A stretch of DNA of 64,000 nt, from positions 1 through 64,000 of the IMG/VR virus record IMGVR_UViG_3300013102_000030; one strand, 5' to 3'. Numbering within the stretch: position 1 is the stretch's first letter; every line of letters starts with the position of its first letter. Made by a program: the position numbers and the translations under genes. This document shows positions 24,524 to 35,300 of the stretch, piece by piece. The DNA is from a virus. A model generated the notes under the pieces. That model did not search any database. It saw only the letters and a list, made by a program, of their open reading frames with translations, and was not told the origin of the DNA.

Positions 24524-26032
24524 ATTACTGCTGATCTTGCTTTCCTCAACCCGCTGCTGGACACCGACTCCTACAAGCTCTCCCACTTCAAGATGTACCC
24601 TGAAGGTCTGGAAGAGGTAGAGTCCAACTTCACGTCCCGAAAGTCCCGTGTTGACGGTGTGGCTCACGTCCTCCAGTTCGGACTTCAGGCATGGCTCGCT
24701 GAGCGTACCCGAGCATGGGATATGTTCTTCTCATCCCCCAAGGATGAAGTCATTGCCGAGTACAAGGAGAACATCTCCACCTTCGTCAATCCCGGTTTCA
24801 CGCTGGAGCACGTGGAAGCTCTGCACGATCTGGGCTACCTCCCGCTCCAGTTCTCACAGGTTCCTGAAGGCACCCTTGTCCCCATCGGTGTCCCGTCCGT
24901 CCTGATCCGCTCCACCCACAAGAAGTTCGCATGGCTGGTCAACTACATCGAGTCCGACCTGTCCGCAGGAATCTGGCACCCGTCCACCGTCGCAACTCTC
25001 GCATGGCGGCTCCGTCGCGTCTTTGAGAAGGCCGCAAAGGAAACCGGTGAGAGCACTGAGGGCGTTGACTTCCAGCTCCACGACTTCTCCTACCGTGGAC
25101 ACGTCAACCGTGCAGCGGCCAAGGCAGCAGGCGCAGCCCATCTGATCTCCTTCAAGGGATCTGATGCTGTTCCGGCTGTGCCGTGGATCAAGCGCTACTA
25201 CCCCGGAGCACAGAACGGCCTGCTTGCAGCCTCCGTTCCCGCTACCGAGCACTCCGTGATGTGCGCCTACGGTCGGGCCAATGAGATTGACGCGTTCCAG
25301 CACCAGCTTGACACGTTCCCCACCGGCATCCTGTCCGTGGTCTCTGACACCTACAGCCTGAAAGATGTCATCACCAAGTTCCTGCCGGAACTGCGTGACC
25401 AGATCATGGGACGTGACGGCAAGCTCGTGATCCGTCCTGACTCCGGTGATCCGGCAGACATCATCTGCGGCACCAACCGCGAGTTCGGTACCAGCGGTGA
25501 CGACTTCTACGCAAAGGGCGCGATTGAAGCCCTGTGGGAGTTCGCTGGTGGTACGATCAACGAAGAGGGCTACAAGGTTCTGGACTCCCACGTCGGCCTG
25601 ATCTACGGTGACGGCATGTACAAGGAGCGCATTGAGGACATCAACGCACGTCTGAAGGCCAAGGGCTTTGCCTCCACCAACTGGGTTGCCGGTATCGGTT
25701 CCTTCTCCTACCAGATGATCACCCGAGACACCTTCGGTTCCGCTGTGAAGGCTACGTTCGTTGTCGTCAACGGTGAAGAGCGCAACATCCAGAAGGACCC
25801 GGAGACCGACGACGGCACCAAGAAGTCCGCTACGGGCCGACTGGCCGTGCTGTCCAAGGCTGACGGTACCCTGTACCTCGTGCAGGAAGCCACGGCTGAA
25901 CAGAGGGCCAACAGCCTGATTCAGCCGGTCTGGGAGAACGGCAAGTTCATCAAGCGCCAGTCCTTCAACGACATCCGCGAGAATGCAAAGCGCTGGACTG
26001 AGATCCTTGAGCGCAACGGCTCGCTTACGTAA
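24524..26032 (+). CDS. nicotinamide phosphoribosyltransferase-like (probable NARP1 Namat type); ATT start
   Basis: LLDTDSYKLSH upstream of ATG24593; HDFSYRG; PATEHSVM; SVVSDTY; IRPDSGDP; IYGDG. Confidence 0.9.
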   Translation: MTADLAFLNPLLDTDSYKLSHFKMYPEGLEEVESNFTSRKSRVDGVAHVLQFGLQAWLAERTRAWDMFFSSPKDEVIAEYKENISTFVNPGFTLEHVEALHDLGYLPLQFSQVPEGTLVPIGVPSVLIRSTHKKFAWLVNYIESDLSAGIWHPSTVATLAWRLRRVFEKAAKETGESTEGVDFQLHDFSYRGHVNRAAAKAAGAAHLISFKGSDAVPAVPWIKRYYPGAQNGLLAASVPATEHSVMCAYGRANEIDAFQHQLDTFPTGILSVVSDTYSLKDVITKFLPELRDQIMGRDGKLVIRPDSGDPADIICGTNREFGTSGDDFYAKGAIEALWEFAGGTINEEGYKVLDSHVGLIYGDGMYKERIEDINARLKAKGFASTNWVAGIGSFSYQMITRDTFGSAVKATFVVVNGEERNIQKDPETDDGTKKSATGRLAVLSKADGTLYLVQEATAEQRANSLIQPVWENGKFIKRQSFNDIRENAKRWTEILERNGSLT

Positions 26033-26243
26033 GGTCCGCTACGATGTACTCCGGAGGGTTCAAGCTCTCCGGAGTGCATTAGCGGCCTACTCAGAACATC
26101 TCAGACGCAAGAACAAGATCACCTACAGCAAGAACATCCCTGAAGGAGACCACATCGTAGGAGATCTGTGGATAAAGACCGATGGTATGCAGATTCACCT
26201 GTGGACCGGCTATCGATGGCGCAGGATGAAGCCTAAAGGTTGA
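26007..26243 (+). CDS. small protein with one tail-fibre-like K.TYS..P..GDLW..W.G..W module
   Basis: ORF 25983..26243; start uncertain. Confidence 0.55.
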   Translation: MSATARLRKVRYDVLRRVQALRSALAAYSEHLRRKNKITYSKNIPEGDHIVGDLWIKTDGMQIHLWTGYRWRRMKPKG

Positions 26244-26268
26244 CAAAACTTCATAAAGGTGGTATGAT
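26240..26268 (+). promoter_or_regulatory. SigA-type promoter of HTH gene
   Basis: TTGACA-17-TATGAT, overlapped by ACAAAACTT. Confidence 0.8.
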
Positions 26269-26289
26269 AGGATAAACTTAGGAGTCATT

Positions 26290-26781
26290 ATGACCAAACA
26301 CAATCTCCCAGAGCTATCCAGAGAAACCATCGAACAGCTAGTGGCCCTCAGAGGGACCAACAAAAGCGAGTTCTACGCGCTGGTATACGCGCTACGGGCC
26401 GCAGGATGGACTCTGAGGGCCATTGCTGTCCCGCTGGACGTATCTCGTACCTGTGTCGATGGCTGGAAGCAGAAATACACGTCCGACACTCCTCTTCCTG
26501 AGGTAGAACCCCTTCCCGTGGTCGCTGTCAAAGACCGCACACACGACACCAAGAAGTTCACCCTCACTGACGAAGAGGCAGCGGAACTGAGAGAGCTTGC
26601 TACGGAAGCATCTCAGGTCCGCAGATTCACGGATGTCAACGCTCCATCCCGAAAGGCGGCAGCGGAACTGGAATCCCTCCTCCTCGCCTACAGCCAGCGC
26701 GGAGCTTCCTACCTTCAGCTAGCCAAGGCGTGCGGGGTATCCCGTACATCCATCACACAACGACTGGACAAGCACAGATAA
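26290..26781 (+). CDS. double helix-turn-helix DNA-binding protein
   Basis: GWTLRAIAVPLDVSRTCV and GASYLQLAKACGVSRTSITQRL. Confidence 0.85.
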   Translation: MTKHNLPELSRETIEQLVALRGTNKSEFYALVYALRAAGWTLRAIAVPLDVSRTCVDGWKQKYTSDTPLPEVEPLPVVAVKDRTHDTKKFTLTDEEAAELRELATEASQVRRFTDVNAPSRKAAAELESLLLAYSQRGASYLQLAKACGVSRTSITQRLDKHR

Positions 26782-27134
26782 TGCCAACAATCGTACTGGA
26801 CATTGAGCCAGCAGCATACTATTCACTGGATCTGTTTCCAGCATCCGTCAATGCCGGTGGACCTGATGGGCCACTTCTAGGAGAGGAATTCCGTGTCATT
26901 GTCACGGACAACTACTTCTATGTCTTCCAAGAGGTTGCAGGACTCCCTGAGATCCTGATCAAAGAGCCTCTGACGCTGTTTGAGGGCACTAACAAGACCG
27001 GATACACTGTCACTACCACCATGAACGTTTACTACGTCCGTAGGGCCGCAAACTGTGGCTGTGGGAACCGTCTCCGTGGCATTACCATCTTCTCCGGAGT
27101 GCCACACCAGTCCTATCTACCGAAACCAAAATAA
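26781..27134 (+). CDS. hypothetical protein (CGCG..L motif)
   Basis: TAATG coupling. Confidence 0.75.
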   Translation: MPTIVLDIEPAAYYSLDLFPASVNAGGPDGPLLGEEFRVIVTDNYFYVFQEVAGLPEILIKEPLTLFEGTNKTGYTVTTTMNVYYVRRAANCGCGNRLRGITIFSGVPHQSYLPKPK

Positions 27135-27143
27135 AGGAACACT

Positions 27144-27359
27144 ATGACAGGAAAGATCCCCCGCTTTGGGGCAGAACTCTTTGGCGGACATGTCGGAACC
27201 GGCACTGCCGTTCAGACCGGCTGTGTCTACTGTCTGCATGCAGGTCTGAAGGCCCCCGCGCTGGATCATGTGACCTACATGTGGGCCGGAACCAGCTATT
27301 GCAGTGACCACCTTCAGGAACACATCTTCAAGACCGCAGGAGCAGCAAATGGCACGTAA
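27144..27359 (+). CDS. small Zn-finger-like protein
   Basis: CVYC...GTSYC..H. Confidence 0.7.
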   Translation: MTGKIPRFGAELFGGHVGTGTAVQTGCVYCLHAGLKAPALDHVTYMWAGTSYCSDHLQEHIFKTAGAANGT

Positions 27360-27651
27360 CCAAGCAGTCACCGGCATCAGCGATTCACTGGCTGTCTACC
27401 GGCTTACAAAGCTGGTCATGGAAGACAAGATCACGGAAGATCTGAGGGACTGGATCTATGACAAGTTCCCTCACGGTTCCAAGGTCCGATACCTCATCAA
27501 TTGCCAATGGTGCGTCTCCGTCTGGGCAGGACTGGCGGTCTTCGGTCTCCGTGCAGTCAACCCCAAGGCAGCAGATCTCCTCTCCGGAGCGCTTGCAGCG
27601 TCTGCCGTTACAGGAATCCTGTACGCAAAGGGAGTTGACCAGCCAAACTAG
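27349..27651 (+). CDS. DUF1360-type membrane protein
   Basis: A.YRLT.LV.ED.IT..LR; L..C.WC.SVW. Confidence 0.75.
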   Translation: MARNQAVTGISDSLAVYRLTKLVMEDKITEDLRDWIYDKFPHGSKVRYLINCQWCVSVWAGLAVFGLRAVNPKAADLLSGALAASAVTGILYAKGVDQPN

Positions 27652-27666
27652 GATAGTGTAGACTCA

Positions 27667-27675
27667 TGGTAGAAT
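27667..27675 (+). promoter_or_regulatory. Extended -10 (late-type) promoter
   Basis: TGGTAGAAT; TGnTAnAAT/TAnACT also at 16224, 38472, 42655, 46412, 48265, 55668, 57179. Confidence 0.55.
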
Positions 27676-27713
27676 TGAAACACTAGTTTTCAATTCAATG
27701 CCGGAGTAGACAT

Positions 27714-29324
27714 ATGTCCATTTTTGATAAAAGAAACTCTTCTCGGGCTTCAGAAGATCTTATTGCGCCACAGCGCTACAATGCTCCCCGATCACTTACG
27801 GCTTCCGCCGCACGTATCGATCTGAAGAACAAGAAAGAGATCGACGCGATCAACAAGCGTCGTCAAACAGACAAGTGGCAGCAAGAGGCGTGGCAGTACT
27901 TTGACCTAATCGGTGAAATTAAGTACTCCGCGAACCTTGTTGCCAATGTCATGTCCAGAGTCAACCTCTACTCCGGATACGTGAACGATTCTTCCACTGT
28001 ACCATCAGACGTTGATGATGTCGAGAGCCTGCCGGAAGGTTTCGCACAGGATGCCAAAGACATCCTCTACCTGCTAGAATCAGGTAACGGCGGAACCTCC
28101 GGCTTGCTTCGTGGTGCAGCCCTGAACCTCTTCCTCGTGGGAGAGTGCTACCTTGTTCACGAACCAGCACGCTTCTCAAAGCACGAGCCTGCTAAGTACC
28201 AGATCCGTTCCATCTCTGAGATCGTCTCCACACAGGGACGTAATGCTCAGGTTGCCATCAAGCCACGCCGCGACTCAAAGCCAGCAGACATGCTTCCGCT
28301 GCCTTCCAACGGCTACATCTCCCGTATCTGGCGCAACCACCCTGAGTACTCTGAAGAGGCTGACTCCTCGCTCAAGGGTGTCCTTGACCTGTGTGATGAA
28401 CTGCTGCTTGTCTCCCGTACCGCGAGCGCTACAGCCAAGTCCCGCCTCAACGGTGGTCTTCTGTTCGTACCGGACGGTCTGTCCAACGTAACCCAGTCTG
28501 AGGGTGGCGAAGAGCTTGACGGCGAAATCGCTCCCATGACCGATGATGTCTCCGACTCCTTTGAAGAAGAGCTTATCGATGCCATGACAACTCCTATCGC
28601 TGATATCTCTTCTGCGTCTGCTGTTGTTCCTCTCGTGGTCCGTGGTCCTGAAGATCTTGGTGACAAGATCAAGCTGATCAAGTTTGAGCGTTCGTTCGAC
28701 CCGCAGCTTGCAGCACGTGCAGACCGCCTCATTGAGCGTATCCTTGCTGGTATCGACATCCCCAAGGATATCGCGGCAGGTATGTCCAATGTCAAGTACT
28801 CAAACGCTATCATCATCGAAGAGCAGCTTTACAAGGCCCACATCGAGCCGCTGATCCTCCTGATTGTGGACTGCCTCACCATCGGCTTCCTCCGTCCCGC
28901 TCTGCGTGCACAGGGATACGATGAGAAGTTTGTGAACCGTGCAGTGGTATGGTATGATCCTTCTGCCATCACTGCGAAGCCTTCCAAGGCTGAATCCGCT
29001 GTCACCCTGTACGGCCTCAAGGCTATCTCTCAGGAAGCTCTGCGTCAGGCACACGGATTCACTGAGGGCGACAAGCCTTCCGATCTTGAGCGCGTACAAC
29101 GTATCGCTGAAGACCGTGGCAACCTAACGGATGCAATGTCCGAAACCCTGCTAAACACCATGATCCCTGAAGACCTGAAGAATCAGGCAAGGGAAGATGC
29201 ACTGGCAGCTTCTGATCCTACCAGCGCCAACGCCCTGCAAAACGCCCTAGGTGGTGACCCAGCGGCAACCGGTGCTCCGGCAGACGGATCTGCTCCGGCA
29301 GAACCAACACCAAGTAATGAGTAA
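27714..29324 (+). CDS. portal protein
   Basis: WQ.EAW..FD.IGE; L.LVGECYL; RIW..HP....ADS; SRL.GG.LFVP; position before head genes. Confidence 0.85.
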   Translation: MSIFDKRNSSRASEDLIAPQRYNAPRSLTASAARIDLKNKKEIDAINKRRQTDKWQQEAWQYFDLIGEIKYSANLVANVMSRVNLYSGYVNDSSTVPSDVDDVESLPEGFAQDAKDILYLLESGNGGTSGLLRGAALNLFLVGECYLVHEPARFSKHEPAKYQIRSISEIVSTQGRNAQVAIKPRRDSKPADMLPLPSNGYISRIWRNHPEYSEEADSSLKGVLDLCDELLLVSRTASATAKSRLNGGLLFVPDGLSNVTQSEGGEELDGEIAPMTDDVSDSFEEELIDAMTTPIADISSASAVVPLVVRGPEDLGDKIKLIKFERSFDPQLAARADRLIERILAGIDIPKDIAAGMSNVKYSNAIIIEEQLYKAHIEPLILLIVDCLTIGFLRPALRAQGYDEKFVNRAVVWYDPSAITAKPSKAESAVTLYGLKAISQEALRQAHGFTEGDKPSDLERVQRIAEDRGNLTDAMSETLLNTMIPEDLKNQAREDALAASDPTSANALQNALGGDPAATGAPADGSAPAEPTPSNE

Positions 29325-29354
29325 GCCCCTCCGACACTGATGGAGCCGTAATAA

Positions 29355-32300
29355 ATGGCATGGAATATCAGCACGGCAAAACGCCGAGCGCTCGTCAAGC
29401 TTCAGCTACGAGATAAGAACGGTCGATGGATCGAAATGGGCGGTGGAGTCAAGTGGTACTCCTCCCGCCTAAAGAAAGTCGTATCTGGTACCGTTGTAGG
29501 TACACAGGGTGAGAACGCCCTTGTCCGACTCCCTAAGGAGAACCCAACACACGAACCAGCACTTGTCTCGGTGCCAGCACGCAGCATTGCTGTAGTTGAT
29601 GCCAAGACGCGTATTTCCATTCCGGGTAAGAACGCCCCTGCGGACGCTACCCCTGAGTTCGAAAAGCCTGAAGCAGTTGGCAAGCTGTCCAAGCCTGCCA
29701 ACGGATTTGTCAAGCCCAACGACCGTCCCGAGGATTGGAAGATCTCTCAGACGGACGATGGCCGTACCTACATCTCCCGTCCTGACGGTGCAGATCTGTA
29801 CTTCCCTGCCCGTAGCCTTGACATCGGTGATGAGATCATTGCTCCGGAAGGCGCTGAAGCATCCAAGCCGTTCTCCATCGGTAAGTCGTGGGGCCGCAAG
29901 AAGGCTGAAGCGGTCAGCACCACTGGCCCGAAGATGGGTACCGTCATCGACATCAACGGTGACCGTTACGCTGTCGTGCAGCTTGCAGACGGTGTTGTCG
30001 TTGACGACCCCAAGCGTCCCGGAGAGAAGACCAACAAGGTTACCGTTGGTCTGTCCAACTCTGTCATCAAGGCAACCGATGGTCTGAAGCAGGCTCTTGG
30101 TGGTGTCTTTGACGACGAAGGCTTCAACGAAAACGACGGCGGCGACGATCAGGAGGTTGACTCATCCGAGGAGGCCAACTCTGATCACGCTGGACGTGAA
30201 GTCCCTGAAGAGGATACCAACCCTGAGGACGATCCTGCTGCTGACGTAGAGGTCGATATCGCTGAGGCTACCAAGGCTGCTGAGCCGGGAACCGACAACG
30301 AAGAAGACGCTCCGATTCGTGAAGAGGAAGATCCTGAAGCCAAGGCTGCTGCTGAGGCCGATCTTGCACGCCGTGTTGCCGAGCATGAAGCAAAGCGCAA
30401 GGAACTGGGAGACCAGTACGACGAAAACGGTCTGACAGCAGACGAAGCCAAGATGGTTTCTGCCTATGACCGCCTTGCTGCCGGTGCCTCCGACCCTGAC
30501 CGTGCCGCAAACTACTTTGACAAGGCCGAAGCTCTCCGTGAAACGGGCAAGAAGCGTCTCGGGGAGTCCAACGACAAGTCCGAGAAGCCTGCTGACAAGC
30601 CCAAGGAGGCCCCTCAGACGGCTCCGGAGCCTGAACAGGAGCGCCAGTCCGACTCTAACGATTTGGAGGCCCCTAAGGAGAAGTCAGAGGCTGAGAAGCG
30701 TTATGACAAGATCACCGATGAGATTCGTTCCATCAAGTTCCCCGGAGAAGATCAGGAACCTGATCTGAATGATCCGCGTCTGAAGGCAGCAGAATCTGCT
30801 GATGACAACGCTGTGGACTCTGAGCGTGAAGGTATCAAGCCCAACACCGATGAGTGGTATGATATGTGGACTTCCACCTATCACTCTGCTCTTGAGGATA
30901 ACAAGGCTGAACAGGACGCGAAGTCTCGCCAGCAGGAACAGGATCAGGCTGTAGAGGAGGACGCGTACGCTGCGGCCTATCACAAGCCTGCCCTCCTGTC
31001 CATCACCACACGCGGAAACACCCGTGGAGAGATGGAGTACTTTGATGAGGTAGCTCGTGAGTCTGAGATCGATCAGGGTTACCACATGGAAGGTAACAAG
31101 TTCATTGTCACCGACCTTGACAAGGCTCAGAAGGCTATTGACAACATCATCGATGTCTGGAATGATAAGCAGGAGTCTGCCCAGAAGGGCGGATACTCTG
31201 CGGAAACCCCTGCAAAGGTCCGTTCGGTCCTTGCTGGCCTTGAAAAGCTGGATGCACAGGTTCGTGAAGCCAAGCGCAACAAGGAAAAGCACGCCTCCCG
31301 CTTTGACGGAAACTACGACATCACGGCTGACCGCCGTCTTGGTAAAGTCCGTCCGGGTGCTGAAGACTCTGACTACGCTGTAGATCGTACCTCCGATGAG
31401 CTTGTCAAGGCAATGCCCATCGGTGGAACCCTTACAGTACATGATCCAGACAACTTCTACTCAGGAATTCCTGTCGTCAAGATCGATGACAACACTTGGG
31501 CACGCCAAAAGGGTGTTGCAAGCCGCGAGTGGGACTTCTTTGACGACTTTGACATGTCCGATGATCTCCTCACAGGTGTCAAGCTTCCGGACAACCCGAA
31601 GAATGACTTCACTGAGAAGGATCTCAACGATGCACGCCGCGCCAAGGAACGCAAGGACCGTGACGACAAGGCGTTCAACGACAACTGGAACGCACATCAG
31701 GAGAAGCTGAAGGCTGAAAGGGATGCAGAGCAAGCTCCTGCCAAGGAAGAGCCAGCAAAGAAGGAACAGGCTCCTCTCACAGAGGGAGACCAGTTCGAAC
31801 TGCCGCTTCCGGGTGTCCAGAAGCAGGGCAAGCGCGAGGACAAGTCTGCTGCCCACAAGAAGACTCTTGACGGTCTGGAAGAGGGTGACCGTGTATCTTA
31901 CACGAACGCCCACGATGAGACTTCCACCTACCAGAAGCACGCTGATGGTACATGGGATCTGCTGGACCCTGAGGATGAGTGGGAGGATCAGTCTCCTCTT
32001 GAAGAGGCTCTGACCTCTGACGAAGTTGCTGCACGTACAAAGCGTGGAGACCTTGAGGTTGCTACTGTAGCAGACCGTGAGGAAGCTGACAGGGAAGAGA
32101 ACTACAAGCGCAGGCTCCGTGGCGACGACTACATGAAGTCCAACCCTGATCCTGTTCGTCGTAAGAACAATGGCGACGAAGGCAAGTCCCAGACTCAGCA
32201 GCAGGCGCAGGATGCCAACTCCGCTGACCAGCCATGGAGTGCTGATGAGATTCAGGGCACTATGCGTGACTGGTTTGACTTTGCTCAGGCTGTCAAGAAT

Positions 32301-35300
32301 GGCGACAACCGCGCCATTGAAACGATGGCTAACAACAAGCGTACCGGTGACGAAGAAACTGATATCATCGTCAACGACAAGGGCCAGCCGTTCGATCTCA
32401 CCCTGACTTACAACGATGACGGAGATCCCGTTGTTCGCTTGAGCAATTTCGATGACTCCAAGGACATCTACGGAGACTTTGAGATTGACAACTCTGTCAT
32501 GCCCAAGCAGCTTGCTACACTCATCCACGAGTCGATCAACGCTGATGATCCCCATGCAGCAGTTGCCGAGCGCAACGGAAGCAACGATCCTGTTGATGAC
32601 CCTTCAGTTGGTCAGAGCTATGAGGTCAGCAGTCACATTGGTGAAGGTAAGAACTACCTTGCCAAGGCTATTGAAGATCACGGTGACTCTGGCATTGTTA
32701 TCAACGGCACCACAGCGGATGTCACTGACCTTGACAAGGCACAGGACTTCCTGCGTGACGCTGTTCTTGACATTCAGGGGAAGATCAGCGATCCTTCCGC
32801 CCGTAAGAACTCCAAGATCGAACTGAACAAGGCTCAGCGCAACCTCAACAAGATACTTGCTGATGTCAACGCCAAGCAGTTCCAGCGCGACGGAGTAACC
32901 CGTCCGCCAAAGTGGATGAGGGACAAGCAGGACTCAACTCCGGCCAAGTCTGAGGATGCCCCTGCTCCTGAAGCGGAGGCTCCCAAGGCTCCGGAAGCTG
33001 CCAAGACCAACGTACCACTGGCTGATCTTGAGAAGCAGGCCAAGGCTGACGGAGACACTGTTCTCTATCACGGTGGTCTGCCTGACGGTACGACTCTCGA
33101 TGACATTGATCTGAACCGCAATGGAGAGCAGCAGAACAAGCGTGGACGCTCATTCGGTGGATTCTATCTCACCGATGAGTCTTCCAAGAGTTGGTCCGAC
33201 GACTACGCCATGAAGCGTAACGGTGTCATGCACGGTTTTGTCATCGACAAGAACGCCCGTATTGACGACCGTGGAAAAGCACAGATTGACCGCCTCTCCG
33301 CAGAAGACCGCGCTGAAGCTGCCAAGACTGCCGATGTCATCAAGGGTAAGGACCTTCTGGGACGCACCCAGTATGTCCTGCTCAACAAGGATGTCATCAA
33401 GGGTGTTGGTGAGACCAACATGAAGGACGACAAGTCCTCTGAGGACTCTGCTCCTGAGGCTAATGCTCCGGAAGCTCCTTCAGCACCTGAAGCTGATGTT
33501 ACGCCTGAGGAGTCCGCTCCTGAGGCTGACGCTCCTGCTCCAGTTGACATTGTCGATCACCTGAACCAGAATGCTGTACTGGGAGATGACGCTGAGCGTC
33601 GTGCTGCTGGCCTGTATCTCGGTGGTGCTCGCTACAACTCTGTCCTACGTGACGCTGCTGAGAACGGTAAAGAGGTTCACCCTCAATTCCAAGATCAGAT
33701 CGATACCCTCACGGGATTCATCGAGAAGCAGCCGGAGTTCGGTCAGGAGACCAAGCTCTACCGTGGAATGAGCCAGAAGTTCCTTCCGGATGCAGAGAAC
33801 CGTGTTGGCGACGTTATCACTGAGCCTGCGTTCCTGTCAACCTCTCTCAAGAGGGATCAGGCTGAACTGTTCTCCGGTGTCGGTGGTGGTGTCCTCATGG
33901 AGATCACTGCACGTCCACAGGACAAGGGCCTTTCGGTCAACATTGCTCAGATGCATGATCAGTCTGACATTCCGGAAGAATACCGTGCTCCTAACGATGT
34001 AACCGCCCGTGAGGCTGAAATCCTCATGAAGCCGGGAACATCCATGCGTATCACGGGTGTTGACGAAGTCAACGGAACTAAGGTTGTCAGGGCTGAGATC
34101 GTAGACGCACCTTCCGACAAGGTAGATGCTGAGATCATCCCTGAAGAAGCTGAGCTTCCTGAGGCTGAAGTCGATACTCCTGCTGTTGATGCTCCTGAAG
34201 ACTCCATCAACTCCCGTGGCCTCACCGATGCTGAGGAAGAAGAGTGGAATCAGGCTGAGATCGATGCTGACGTTGAAGCCCGTGCAGGAGATCCTGACGG
34301 TGTCCAGATGTACAAGGATAAGGCTGATGCCATCCTTCAGCGTGGACAGGACCGTCTCAACGGTGTAGACTCCACTGAGGACTCTTCCGCTCCGGAAGAA
34401 CCAGCAGTTTACACTGAGGGTGGACCCGGACGCGTTCCTTCTCTCAAGGAGACCATCAAGGCGATCCGTGAATCCGGTGTCGAATCCGTTCACATTCCGC
34501 TCAGTGATGCTCCGAAGAAGGACTGGACTCCGGATGAGCTTGAGGCTAAGTTCGACAGGGACGAGAAGAACGGTCTGGGGAACCTCCAGTTCGACGCTCT
34601 TCCTGATGAGTACAAGCGCTACAAGGACTCATCTGCTCCGGCAGATCCGATCAACCTTCCTGAAGAGGCAGCACCAGAAGCATCCGCTCCTGAGACTGCT
34701 CCTGAAGGACCGGCTCCAACTCCGGAACAGCAGGCCAAGCTTGACGAGTACGACCGTCAAATGGACGCTGCTGTAGAGGCTGACGATGACGCAGCGTACG
34801 ACAAGGCATCTGATGCTAAGTACGATCTCATTGACGCAATCCGTAATGGTTCGGCATCCAACGAAAACTCTGATAGTGTTTCAGACATGGAAACCGAATC
34901 TGAACCTTGGGTAAACCCGCTGGATGCACTGGGCATCGAACGACGCACACCTGAAGCGATTGAGGGAGAGAAGTATCCTCCGACTCAGCAGCAGCAGGAC
35001 GTGATTGATGCTGTTCTGGCAGGTCTTGACACGAAGGTTCAGGCTATGGCCGGTACCGGTAAGACTTCCACGCTTGTTGCTCTGTCCCGCCGCCTCACAA
35101 AGGAAGGCAAGAGCGCGATCTACATTGCGTTCAACAAGACAGTTCAGGAAGAAGCTGAAGAGCGCATGAAGGGCCTGAAGGTGGAAGCCAAGACCGGTCA
35201 CGGTACGGCTCACACGTGGGCACGTACCAACATGCCTCACCTGACGACCCGTCTTGCTGGCAAAGATCCGATGTACCCGATCAAGTTCGACAAGAAGACC

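Noticed and set aside
26290-27713. Terminase genes upstream of the portal
   Set aside because: No Walker A/B ATPase or nuclease ORF of suitable size; probably outside the window.
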